The position numbers and the translations under genes were made by a program. Shown here piece after piece: positions 12,017 to 22,513 of a stretch of 64,000 bases of DNA (within the stretch, counting starts at the first letter, position 1; each line of letters begins with the position of its first letter). The DNA is taken from NCBI GenBank assembly GCA_002269645.1, contig NIVC01001409.1:124001-188000 (forward strand), read 5' to 3'. Under the pieces are notes generated by a model. The model searched no databases. It saw only the letters and a list, made by a program, of their open reading frames with translations, and was not told where the DNA came from. Origin of the DNA: Macrostomum lignano. Its lineage: Eukaryota.

Positions 12017-12250
12017 GTGCAGGCTGGGATCCATTAGTATGGCCCGTGAATACATATACCGGTATTTACTTACTTCCTACTATAAGTAGAATAAATAGGA
12101 TATCCCGTTATTATTTATTCGACTGTCGAAAGGGCGCAGGGTAAACGTAGTTGCCCTGACTGGACAAATTGTGCGCCAGGGCGCTAGACGCGCATCGAAG
12201 GGGCGTAGGATAAAATGTATAGTGGGGCGTATATGAATTGCTCCACTGGG

Positions 12251-15200
12251 TATTAGCTGCTCTCCTGAGTTCGAAGCTGACAGGTCCGTTGCAGTCGGCA
12301 TCGATTGAGTCGACTGCCAATTTAGTCAATGGGTTTCGTTTCTTCTTTTCACTGGAACCTGTGGTGGGATTAGCAAAAGATCGATTTCGCATATCTATTT
12401 AGTGATTTCAAGGACGACAAAATCATTCTTCTCTGCATGTCGGCTCCAGAAGATGCTAGTTTGCTTGCAGCTTTCTGTAGGAGCATTCTACTTTAGTAAA
12501 GTGTACCCATTCTAAAATAAGCTGTTTTTAATATGTCCCAACAAGTCTCTGTGCAGTGTGTCATCCGTTTGCCCAACAATTTGTTCTGGAGCCCTTTATT
12601 AATTGAGTTCTTTAGGTGACTTAACAAATGCGGAAAAAACTAGACACACACACACAGTGGCCCAACACTTCGTGTCCCAATAATTGCTAGGAAAAATGCA
12701 CTGCAGTGTTTAAGCATCTCCTCTGAGGGGCCCTTGCATGCATAGCTATAGAATCTGCTAAGACCCGATCTGAGAGTTAAAAGTACAAAAAGTTATAACG
12801 CTTCTAGACACGAAAACGAATGCAGCCACAGCATGAACTAACCTTTCATTGAAGCTTCTGCTTAAGACTTTGATGCTGTGAAGCATTCTGGCATCTAGCA
12901 TTACTCTCGTAGACTATTAGCTGCTCTCCTGAGTTCGAAGCTGACAGGTCCGTTGCAGTCGGCATCGATTGAGTCGACTGCCAATTTAGTCAATGGGTTT
13001 CGTTTCTTCTTTTCACTGGAACCTGTGGTGGGATTAGCAAAAGATCGATTTCGCATATCTATTTAGTGATTTCAAGGACGACAAAATCATTCTTCTCTGC
13101 ATGTCGGCTCCAGAAGATGCTAGTTTGCTTGCAGCTTTCTGTAGGAGCATTCTACTTTAGTAAAGTGTACCCATTCTGAAATAAGCTGTTTTTAATATGT
13201 CCCAACAAGTCTCTGTGCAGTGTGTCATCCGTTTGCCCAACAATTTGTTCTGGAGCCCTTTATTAATTGAGTTCTTTAGGTGACTTAACAAATGCGGAAA
13301 AAACTAGACACACACACACAGTGGCCCAACACTTCGTGTCCCAATAATTGCTAGGAAAAATGCACTGCAGTGTTTAAGCATCTCCTCTGAGGGGCCCTTG
13401 CATGCATAGCTATAGAATCTGCTAAGACCCGATCTGAGAGTTAAAAGTACAAAAAGTTATAACGCTTCTAGACACGAAAACGAATGCAGCCACAGCATGA
13501 ACTAACCTTTCATTGAAGCTTCTGCTTAAGACTTTGATGCTGTGAAGCATTCTGGCATCTAGCATTACTCTCGTAGACTATTAGCTGCTCTCCTGAGTTC
13601 GAAGCTGACAGGTCCGTTGCAGTCGGCATCGATTGAGTCGACTGCCAATTTAGTCAATGGGTTTCGTTTCTTCTTTTCACTGGAACCTGTGGTGGGATTA
13701 GCAAAAGATCGATTTCGCATATCTATTTAGTGATTTCAAGGACGACAAAATCATTCTTCTCTGCATGTCGGCTCCAGAAGATGCTAGTTTGCTTGCAGCT
13801 TTCTGTAGGAGCATTTTACTTTAGTAAAGTGTACCCATTCTAAAATAAGCTGTTTTTAATATGTCCCAACAAGTCTCTGTGCAGTGTGTCATCCGTTTGC
13901 CCAACAATTTGTTCTGGAGCCCTTTATTAATTGAGTTCTTTAGGTGACTTAACAAATGCGGAAAAAACTAGACACACACACAGTGGCCCAACACTTCGTG
14001 TCCCAATAATTGCTAGGAAAAATGCACTGCAGTGTTTAAGCATCTCCTCTGAGGGGCCCTTGCATGCATAGCTATAGAATCTGCTAAGACCCGATCTGAG
14101 AGTTAAAAGTACAAAAAGTTATAACGCTTCTAGACACGAAAACGAATGCAGCCACAGCATGAACTAACCTTTCATTGAAGCTTCTGCTTAAGACTTTGAT
14201 GCTGTGAAGCATTCTGGCATCTAGCATTACTCTCGTAGACTATTAGCTGCTCTCCTGAGTTCGAAGCTGACAGGTCCGTTGCAGTCGGCATCGATTGAGT
14301 CGACTGCCAATTTAGTCAATGGGTTTCGTTTCTTCTTTTCACTGGAACCTGTGGTGGGATTAGCAAAAGATCGATTTCGCATATCTATTTAGTGATTTCA
14401 AGGCGACAAAATCATTCTTCTCTGCATGTCGGCTCCAGAAGATGCTAGTTTGCTTGCAGCTTTCTGTAGGAGCATTCTACTTTAGTAAAGTGTACCCATT
14501 CTAAAATAAGCTGTTTTTAATATGTCCCAACAAGTCTCTGTGCAGTGTGTCATCCGTTTGCCCAACAATTTGTTCTGGAGCCCTTTATTAATTGAGTTCT
14601 TTAGGTGACTTAACAAATGCGGAAAAAACTAGACACACACACACAGTGGCCCAACACTTCGTGTCCCAATAATTGCTAGGAAAAATGCACTGCAGTGTTT
14701 AAGCATCTCCTCTGAGGGGCCCTTGCATGCATAGCTATAGAATCTGCTAAGACCCGATCTGAGAGTTAAAAGTACAAAAAGTTATAACGCTTCTAGACAC
14801 GAAAAGAATGCATCCACAGCATGAACTAACCTTTCATTGAAGCTTCTGCTTAAGACTTTGATGCTGTGAAGCATTCTGGCATCTAGCATTACTCTCGTAG
14901 ACTATTAGCTGCTCTCCTGAGTTCGAAGCTGACAGGTCCGTTGCAGTCGGCATCGATTGAGTCGACTGCCAATTTAGTCAATGGGTTTCGTTTCTTCTTT
15001 TCACTGGAACCTGTGGTGGGATTAGCAAAAGATCGATTTCGCATATCTATTTAGTGATTTCAAGGCCGACAAAATCATTCTTCTCTGCATGTCGGCTCCA
15101 GAAGATGCTAGTTTGCTTGCAGCTTTCTGTAGGAGCATTCTACTTTAGTAAAGTGTACCCATTCTAAAATAAGCTGTTTTTAATATGTCCCAACAAGTCT

Positions 15201-17441
15201 CTGTGCAGTGTGTCATCCGTTTGCCCAACAATTTGTTCTGGAGCCCTTTATTAATTGAGTTCTTTAGGTGACTTAACAAATGCGGAAAAAACTAGACACA
15301 CACACACAGTGGCCCAACACTTCGTGTCCCAATAATTGCTAGGAAAAATGCACTGCAGTGTTTAAGCATCTCCTCTGAGGGGCCCTTGCATGCATAGCTA
15401 TAGAATCTGCTAAGACCCGATCTGAGAGTTAAAAGTACAAAAAGTTATAACGCTTCTAGACACGAAAACGAATGCAGCCACAGCATGAACTAACCTTTCA
15501 TTGAAGCTTCTGCTTAAGACTTTGATGCTGTGAAGCATTCTGGCATCTAGCATTACTCTCGTAGACTATTAGCTGCTCTCCTGAGTTCGAAGCTGACAGG
15601 TCCGTTGCAGTCGGCATCGATTGAGTCGACTGCCAATTTAGTCAATGGGTTTCGTTTCTTCTTTTCACTGGAACCTGTGGTGGGATTAGCAAAAGATCGA
15701 TTTCGCATATCTATTTAGTGATTTCAAGGCCGACAAAATCATTCTTCTCTGCATGTCGGCTCCAGAAGATGCTAGTTTGCTTGCAGCTTTCTGTAGGAGC
15801 ATTCTACTTTAGTAAAGTGTACCCATTCTGAAATAAGCTGTTTTTAATATGTCCCAACAAGTCTCTGTGCAGTGTGTCATCCGTTTGCCCAACAATTTGT
15901 TCTGGAGCCCTTTATTAATTGAGTTCTTTAGGTGACTTAACAAATGCGGAAAAAACTAGACACACACACACAGTGGCCCAACACTTCGTGTCCCAATAAT
16001 TGCTAGGAAAAATGCACTGCAGTGTTTAAGCATCTCCTCTGAGGGGCCCTTGCATGCATAGCTATAGAATCTGCTAAGACCCGATCTGAGAGTTAAAAGT
16101 ACAAAAAGTTATAACGCTTCTAGACACGAAAACGAATGCAGCCACAGCATGAACTAACCTTTCATTGAAGCTTCTGCTTAAGACTTTGATGCTGTGAAGC
16201 ATTCTGGCATCTAGCATTACTCTCGTAGACTATTAGCTGCTCTCCTGAGTTCGAAGCTGACAGGTCCGTTGCAGTCGGCATCGATTGAGTCGACTGCCAA
16301 TTTAGTCAATGGGTTTCGTTTCTTCTTTTCACTGGAACCTGTGGTGGGATTAGCAAAAGATCGATTTCGCATATCTATTTAGTGATTTCAAGGCCGACAA
16401 AATCATTCTTCTCTGCATGTCGGCTCCAGAAGATGCTAGTTTGCTTGCAGCTTTCTGTAGGAGCATTCTACTTTAGTAAAGTGTACCCATTCTAAAATAA
16501 GCTGTTTTTAATATGTCCCAACAAGTCTCTGTGCAGTGTGTCATCCGTTTGCCCAACAATTTGTTCTGGAGCCCTTTATTAATTGAGTTCTTTAGGTGAC
16601 TTAACAAATGCGGAAAAAACTAGACACACACACACAGTGGCCCAACACTTCGTGTCCCAATAATTGCTAGGAAAAATGCACTGCAGTGTTTAAGCATCTC
16701 CTCTGAGGGGCCCTTGCATGCATAGCTATAGAATCTGCTAAGACCCGATCTGAGAGTTAAAAGTACAAAAAGTTATAACGCTTCTAGACACGAAAAAGAA
16801 TGCATCCACAGCATGAACTAACCTTTCATTGAAGCTTCTGCTTAAGACTTTGATGCTGTGAAGCATTCTGGCATCTAGCATTACTCTCGTAGACTATTAG
16901 CTGCTCTCCTGAGTTCGAAGCTGACAGGTCCGTTGCAGTCGGCATCGATTGAGTCGACTGCCAATTTAGTCAATGGGTTTCGCTTCTTCTTTTCACTGGA
17001 ACCTGTGGTGGGATTAGCAAAAGATCGATTTCGCATATCTATTTAGTGATTTCAAGGACGACAAAATCATTCTTCTCTGCATGTCGGCTCCAGAAGATGC
17101 TAGTTTGCTTGCAGCTTTCTGTAGGAGCATTCTACTTTAGTAAAGTGTACCCATTCTAAAATAAGCTGTTTTTAATATGTCCCAACAAGTCTCTGTGCAG
17201 TGTGTCATCCGTTTGCCCAACAATTTGTTCTGGAGCCCTTTATTAATTGAGTTCTTTAGGTGACTTAACAAATGCGGAAAAAACTAGACACACACACACA
17301 GTGGCCCAACACTTCGTGTCCCAATAATTGCTAGGAAAAATGCACTGCAGTGTTTAAGCATCTCCTCTGAGGGGCCCTTGCATGCATAGCTATAGAATCT
17401 GCTAAGACCCAATCTGAGAGTTAAAAGTACAAAAAGTTATA
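12251..17441. repeat. highly homogeneous 662-664-bp tandem array, ~7.8 copies
   Basis: TATTAGCTGCTCTCCTGAG starts at 12251, 12915, 13579, 14241, 14903, 15567, 16231 and 16895. The last copy stops at AAAAGTTATAA (~17441). Only a handful of variant sites. Confidence 0.97.
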
Positions 17442-18624
17442 ATATTTGTGGTTGGACACGTAGGCTATTGAATGTCAATGGATTCAGACGAAATGTCAAG
17501 TTTTACTGAAAGCCTTTACAGCTTACCGGTTAAAGTCGACGGATCCTTTGGCAATTGGCCACATGGCAGTTGATCAAAGGTGATATACCTGAAGTAAAGG
17601 TAGGTACTGCTTAGCAGGAGCAGTATTTTTTATAGCATTTAAATATAAATGCTTCTTATTTCCGACAAAGTTTTTTAATACCACTTACATGTTTCTCGCT
17701 GTGCCATTCCATGCTGTTCCTTTCCATACCATGGTGACTCGGGTGCCATGGCAGAGGCAGAGTTGACCATTGATTTCAGCATAGCGAGTACATGCCAATT
17801 TAGTTTTACCGTACGTTTGCGGGGTGGCGTCAATAATAGACCAAAATAAATGTACACTTAACTAGCAAGGGGACTCTGGTAAATTGGAGCCATGTACACA
17901 GGGGGGTAGGGCTTGGTCCTAACATGTACGGGGTAAGTCCTAATAGGAGTGGGCTATTGTAAACGACACTCTAGCACACAGTCCCAACAATTTATAGAAT
18001 ATCGAATGCGCGCAGCAGTCAATAGCATGAGTCCTAACAAGAGTGGGCTGTCGTATTCAACACTGCAACACTGTCCTAACAATTTAGTTCGTGTAGAGTA
18101 CTGATGCCCATCACAGTCAAAAGTACATGTAAGCCCTTGTCATTTCTTTAGGTTTATCTCCATCCAGAACCATCCTTTGACAATAAAATACCCTGAAAAG
18201 TATTTTGCTATGTTTTGCTATGTATGTATTTAATGTATGCTATGTATATAAGTCTTGAAACAAAGACTGCAGCAAATGAATGCGCTTGAAATCTACTATT
18301 AGTAAAAATATGAGAAAAAAACAATAAAAATATGCGGGAGCAGATTAGCCATTTCAGTGTCCCAATAGTGATTTGGTCGAATTTTGTATCATTTTTCATT
18401 ATTGGGACGCCAGTTTTTGCTTAATTATGGACTCAGAAAGTAAAATTATTAAAAATGAGTTGCACCATCAAAAAGAGGCTGTCGAGCTGAATCCAAAGAG
18501 TATTTTTTTGAGCTGCTATTGTAAGTTTTTTGGAAGTGTTGGACGGACTTGATGGGACAGTCCCAACATTTTTTTTGGCCCAACAGTGCGGGTCCCGTTG
18601 TACGCGTATGGCCCAACAAATGCC

Positions 18625-18630
18625 CCGTGC

Positions 18631-18672
<42 letters not shown>
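18625..18672. repeat. (CA)n microsatellite
   Basis: direct inspection. Confidence 0.95.
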
Positions 18673-18676
<4 letters not shown>

Positions 18677-18945
18677 CGTAAATCGATTCCGCTCTATCAA
18701 TTTGAAAATAATTTATTGAAAGTAGCTGACACTTTATTTGATTTTTCTGTATAGTTTTCTGCTATGCTAGCGTAAAATATCAATAGGTATATTTATCCAC
18801 GTATACTAAATCAGGATACGAAAAACAGAGACTAAAAACGGACACAAAAATGACTAAACTAGCGACATAAATAATGAAATATTTAATAAAACGTCAGCCC
18901 ATTCTACTAAGTTACACAACTAATACTTAGCAAGGGTACTTGAAA

Positions 18946-19243
18946 CATACATGCGCAACCTCCAAAATTCGGTCGGCCATGCGACTTAGTTTTAACAAAA
19001 ATGCGACGTAGTTTTTGGCCAAAAATGCGACTTACATGTAAAAAAAACCCTAAAGCAAAATTAACGCAACTTTAGGTAAACGGCAGGAGTAACTATAACT
19101 GTGTTATTAATCCAAAATGCCTCGTCAGCTACTTAGTACTACTATTTGGTTATTTTTCGGGTGGGCATTTTTGCGACTTCCTTGGTTGGCCGCCAAATCG
19201 GTCGGCCGGATCGGCCGACTCGGCCGACTGTTGCGCATGTATG
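18946..19243. mobile_element. 298-bp MITE with CAT..ATG termini and 8-bp TSD (P-like or hAT-like) containing a 28S rRNA-derived fragment
   Basis: Perfect 14-bp TIRs CATACATGCGCAAC / GTTGCGCATGTATG, perfect TSD ACTTGAAA (18938-18945 and 19244-19251), and subterminal TGCGAC and TCGGCC motif clusters. Confidence 0.88.
19075..19137 (+). pseudogene. degenerate 28S rRNA fragment (conserved core spanning the R2/I-PpoI site); not a functional rRNA gene
   Basis: 50/63 ungapped identity by eye to the remembered eukaryotic 28S sequence GGTAAACGGCGGGAGTAACTATGACTCTCTTAAGGTAGCCAAATGCCTCGTCATCTAATTAGT. Confidence 0.8.
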
Positions 19244-19346
19244 ACTTGAAAGCACTGCGCGCGGCCTGCCGGCGGATAAAAACACAGCATCGCAAACTGA
19301 ATTATTCGATAGCAAGCGGTAGGCAGCCATTAGCTTCCGCACAGGG

Positions 19347-21224
19347 CTAAGCTTCAGTGAGTTTCCGCATTCCGTCAATGTGCAGCATGGCCTCGCTGTA
19401 GCTCCTGGGCACCACCTGCGGCGCATCGGGCACGCAGTCCTCGCCAGCCTGCGCGGCGGCCTCTGGCGCGAACACGAAATAGAAATCATTGGTGGTGGTC
19501 CGCAGCCCGCTGTCCGGCTGCAGCACCTCAGCGTGCACGCGGACGACGCAACGACGGCCGTGCGAGCAGGTGACTTGAGAGGACAGGAACAGCAGCGAGC
19601 CGAGCTCGACTGGAGCACGGAAGGACACGTCCTTGACCTCGAGCAGCACCGGCTGCCGGCGGCAGTGGGCGAACGCGCAGATCCAAGCCGTCTCCAGGGC
19701 TTTGCGCATCAGGAAGCCGCCGAACACCTTGCAGTAGACGTTCATCTGCTCCGGGTGGCACAGATGAGCAGTCTTCAGCATTGTGTCGCGCAGCCAGACG
19801 CTGCCGGCTGGGAGACGTCGACGGCTGAAGGTGAACGACCTGATAAAGGTGAAAAGGAGAAGCTGTATAAAAACAAGTTGGCCACCTAGAATTGACTCAG
19901 ACGCAGATGAGTTGGGGCAGAGCAGCTGCTCACTTGGGATCGATGGTGTCAAGAAACATTCGATGAATTTTGGCGATCTCTTCGTTGCGCGGCACAACGC
20001 TGAGCACAGACTGCGATGCCTGCTGCAGCCTGTAGGCCTTGGCCCGCTCGCCTCGCTGGAAAATCTCCCGGTCTGCGGCCGACTCCAGCAGCAGGGGGTT
20101 CAGCTTGGCGGCTCTGCGGGGTACCAGTCATTCACCCTTATTCATGCGGTTCCTTTAGCTTGTAAATAAGTACTTATCACCTCACGGCCTGGTTTAATGC
20201 AAAACACTTGTTCTGGTAATTGATACGGGAAGGAGATACTGTAACCAAGATGTACAATCAGCGAGATACGACAGCCACTGCAACATCGGAGTTGCAGCTT
20301 TTACGCTGAGCTGGGCTGACCTACAAACCCTAAGCTGGCCTACTACCCTGAGCTGGCATACTACCCTGAGCTGGCATACTACCCTGAGCTGGCATACTAC
20401 CCTGAGCTGGCATACTACCCTGAGCTGGCATACTACCTGAGCTGGCCTCCTACCTGAGCTGGCATACTACCTGAGCTGGCGTACTACACTGAGCTGGCAT
20501 ACTACCCTGGTTGCACCAAGGAGAACAAAAGCCAACCTGTTCTCCAACGGATGTCGAGCCGCGTTCACGAAGGTGGCGTCAAGCACGGGCGTCCAGGCGA
20601 CGCCAGCAGCCCCGTCCTCGTCAGCCTGCTGTTCAATCTTCATGGTCACCTCGATGGAGCTGCTGCCAACCCAGGAGACGAAGCCGCTCAGCCGGAGGTC
20701 CCGATTAGCCGGGATGATGGGCGTGTGGACGCCTAGGGCGAGAATTTATAGCTAATTTTCAGGTCTAAACTGGACCAACTAACTACTGGGAGTAGTCTAT
20801 GTATTATCTAAACTGATGCCAACACAAGTGTTCCGACTTAGTCACTCATTTCTATACTTACTTGAGTAGTACAGTAAAAAAGAGCCTTTTAAAGCCAAAA
20901 TGCATTGATATATTCGGCGATGGGCACTGCAGTGTGACTGTAACACAAACACTTACACATAGATAAAGTCTTGCCAAAGATCTGTACAAGAACTGATTAG
21001 CTCAACTCACAGACGCCATCAACAAAGGCGGTCACTATGGTAACGGGTGCGCGCTCAGCCCAGTGCGGCTGCCAGGCGTGCCGGTAGCTGATGAGGACGC
21101 CTAGGATGTCCAGATCCTCAAGCAGGCGACCAATCCGGATGCCGTTGTGCGTGTTGACGTATTTGACAGACAAGCCGGCCTGGGTGCGCAGGCTCAGCAG
21201 GGCCTCCTGGTAGCTGGCAGACAT
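19347..21224 (-). CDS. ACOT9: acyl-CoA thioesterase 9/10-like (double hot-dog fold); the true 5' end may lie further upstream
   Basis: Exons (minus) 21224-21011, 20732-20537, 20113-19934, 19839-19347, with phases 1,2,2 consistent (1083 nt). Motifs IRIGRLLEDLD, VTIVTAFVD, SGFVSWVGSSSIEV, VLDATFV, CHPEQMNVYCKVFGGFLMRKALE match ACOT9. The frame stays open to ~21315. Confidence 0.88.
20330..20510. repeat. ~18-bp minisatellite (CTGAGCTGGCATACTACC) in ACOT9 intron 2
   Basis: ~9 copies. Confidence 0.9.
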
Positions 21225-21489
21225 TGGTTTAGCCAGCGGCTGGGAGCCCAGCTGCTGCTCCCTGGCCAGGGCTTCCGTGAGGGCCGCGCAGTCGCGCCTG
21301 ATGAGCCGCCAAAGTTTGCGTCACTTTATATAATCACTCTCGATTGATACATTTCTAGCAGTGGCTCTCAAACTCAAAAAACAGGCATTAACTCACACTT
21401 CAAATGGAGTGCCCGATGAGCCAGCAATTGTCATCAGCTGCTCTCGAACTAAAAAACGAACAAATTCCAATGCAGTTCAAGTGAGGGGG

Positions 21490-21628
21490 GGGGGGCGTAG
21501 CCTAGTGTTTCAGCGCGGCGCTCTCATGTGCCAGCGGCCCAGGCTCGATTCTGCTCATGCAATTATCACCCTTGATGGCCAACCCCCCGGGCACAGTGAA
21601 GTGTGCATGCCTAACAAATAAAGTGAGC
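21490..21628 (+). mobile_element. tRNA-derived SINE-like element, copy 1 (shorter)
   Basis: A-box-like GGCGTAGCCTAGTG and B-box-like GGCTCGATTC. The tail GCCAACCCCC..CAGTGAAGTGT.CATGCCTAAC..ATAAAGT is shared with the copy at 57639. Confidence 0.7.
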
Positions 21629-22274
21629 CAGAGTGCACACAAGCCATGCCGCTAACTAGAATGCAAGCGCACGTGAGGCCCAGTAACTTAATACCTTTGT
21701 TCAATGGTATGCATCTTTCCAATGAGCTGATGCTTGACAGTTGCCTACTCGCAACAAAAATGCTGCTTTTGCAAAGCAGGGAGGCAAAGGCATTCAAAGC
21801 CATGCGATCAGCTGTTGCTGCTCTGGCTTCTTATTCTCTGAAAAGAGTTGAAATTATAATAAATTCTTATTGGCACCTAGTAACATTATTACTGCTGATA
21901 CATGCCTAACCTAGTTGAGTATCTTTGACCAAGTGGCCTCTAGCTGCTATACTTGGCTAACTTAGTAAGTCTAATCTATTTAATGTCTAGCCTATAGCAC
22001 CTAGATATTTTAAACTAGGTATTGTATATATATCAAATGTGTATGTCAAATTATAATAGCTATGCCATAACCAAAAGGCAACTTATATAATAAACTTTTC
22101 AATCAATGATATCAGTTAAAAACCCTATAAACTAGGCAAGATATGAAAAATTATTAGCTAGCCAAGGATAGCCATGGCTTTTTTCCTTAGCTCCCTAGAC
22201 ATGCTATTTATAGACAAAATGGCTATCAATTTAAGCTGATAAAGTAGAGCCCAATTAACTCATGTACACAAATG

Positions 22275-22513
22275 ATATGTCATTCTGCTCACAGTGACCC
22301 CAGGAAGCTAGATTTGGAAAGTGACAAAAATTGGACTTAGGATAAGAGAGAGCAAGAAAAGGGATAATTAGGGACTCCATCTTAAATATGCACTCAAGTT
22401 TATATAATAGTCCCTAATTATCCCCTTGTTTGTCTCCCCCATCCCAAGTCCAATATTTGTTGCTTCTTTTCCAAATCCAGCTTTATGGTGTCATTGTGAA
22501 CAGAATGACATAT
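22275..22513. mobile_element. degenerate foldback/MITE-like element, ~105-bp imperfect inverted arms
   Basis: ATATGTCATTCTG..GGATAATTAGGGACT on the left versus AGTCCCTAATTATCC..CAGAATGACATAT on the right; no clear TSD. Confidence 0.65.

Noticed and set aside
5398-12051. AAT|CAC...GTG|AAT as termini and TSD of the EnSpm element
   Set aside because: Beyond CAC the putative TIRs barely match (CACAGCTTTACT versus CACGGGCCATACT), so this is compatible with chance.
12251-12914. Hammerhead ribozyme or coding exon in the 664-bp monomer
   Set aside because: No CTGANGA core was seen on either strand, and the splice-like signals on the minus strand enclose stops in all frames.
19075-19137. Functional rRNA gene
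   Set aside because: Only ~60-80 bp match, the conserved core is mutated, and the segment is enclosed in a MITE.
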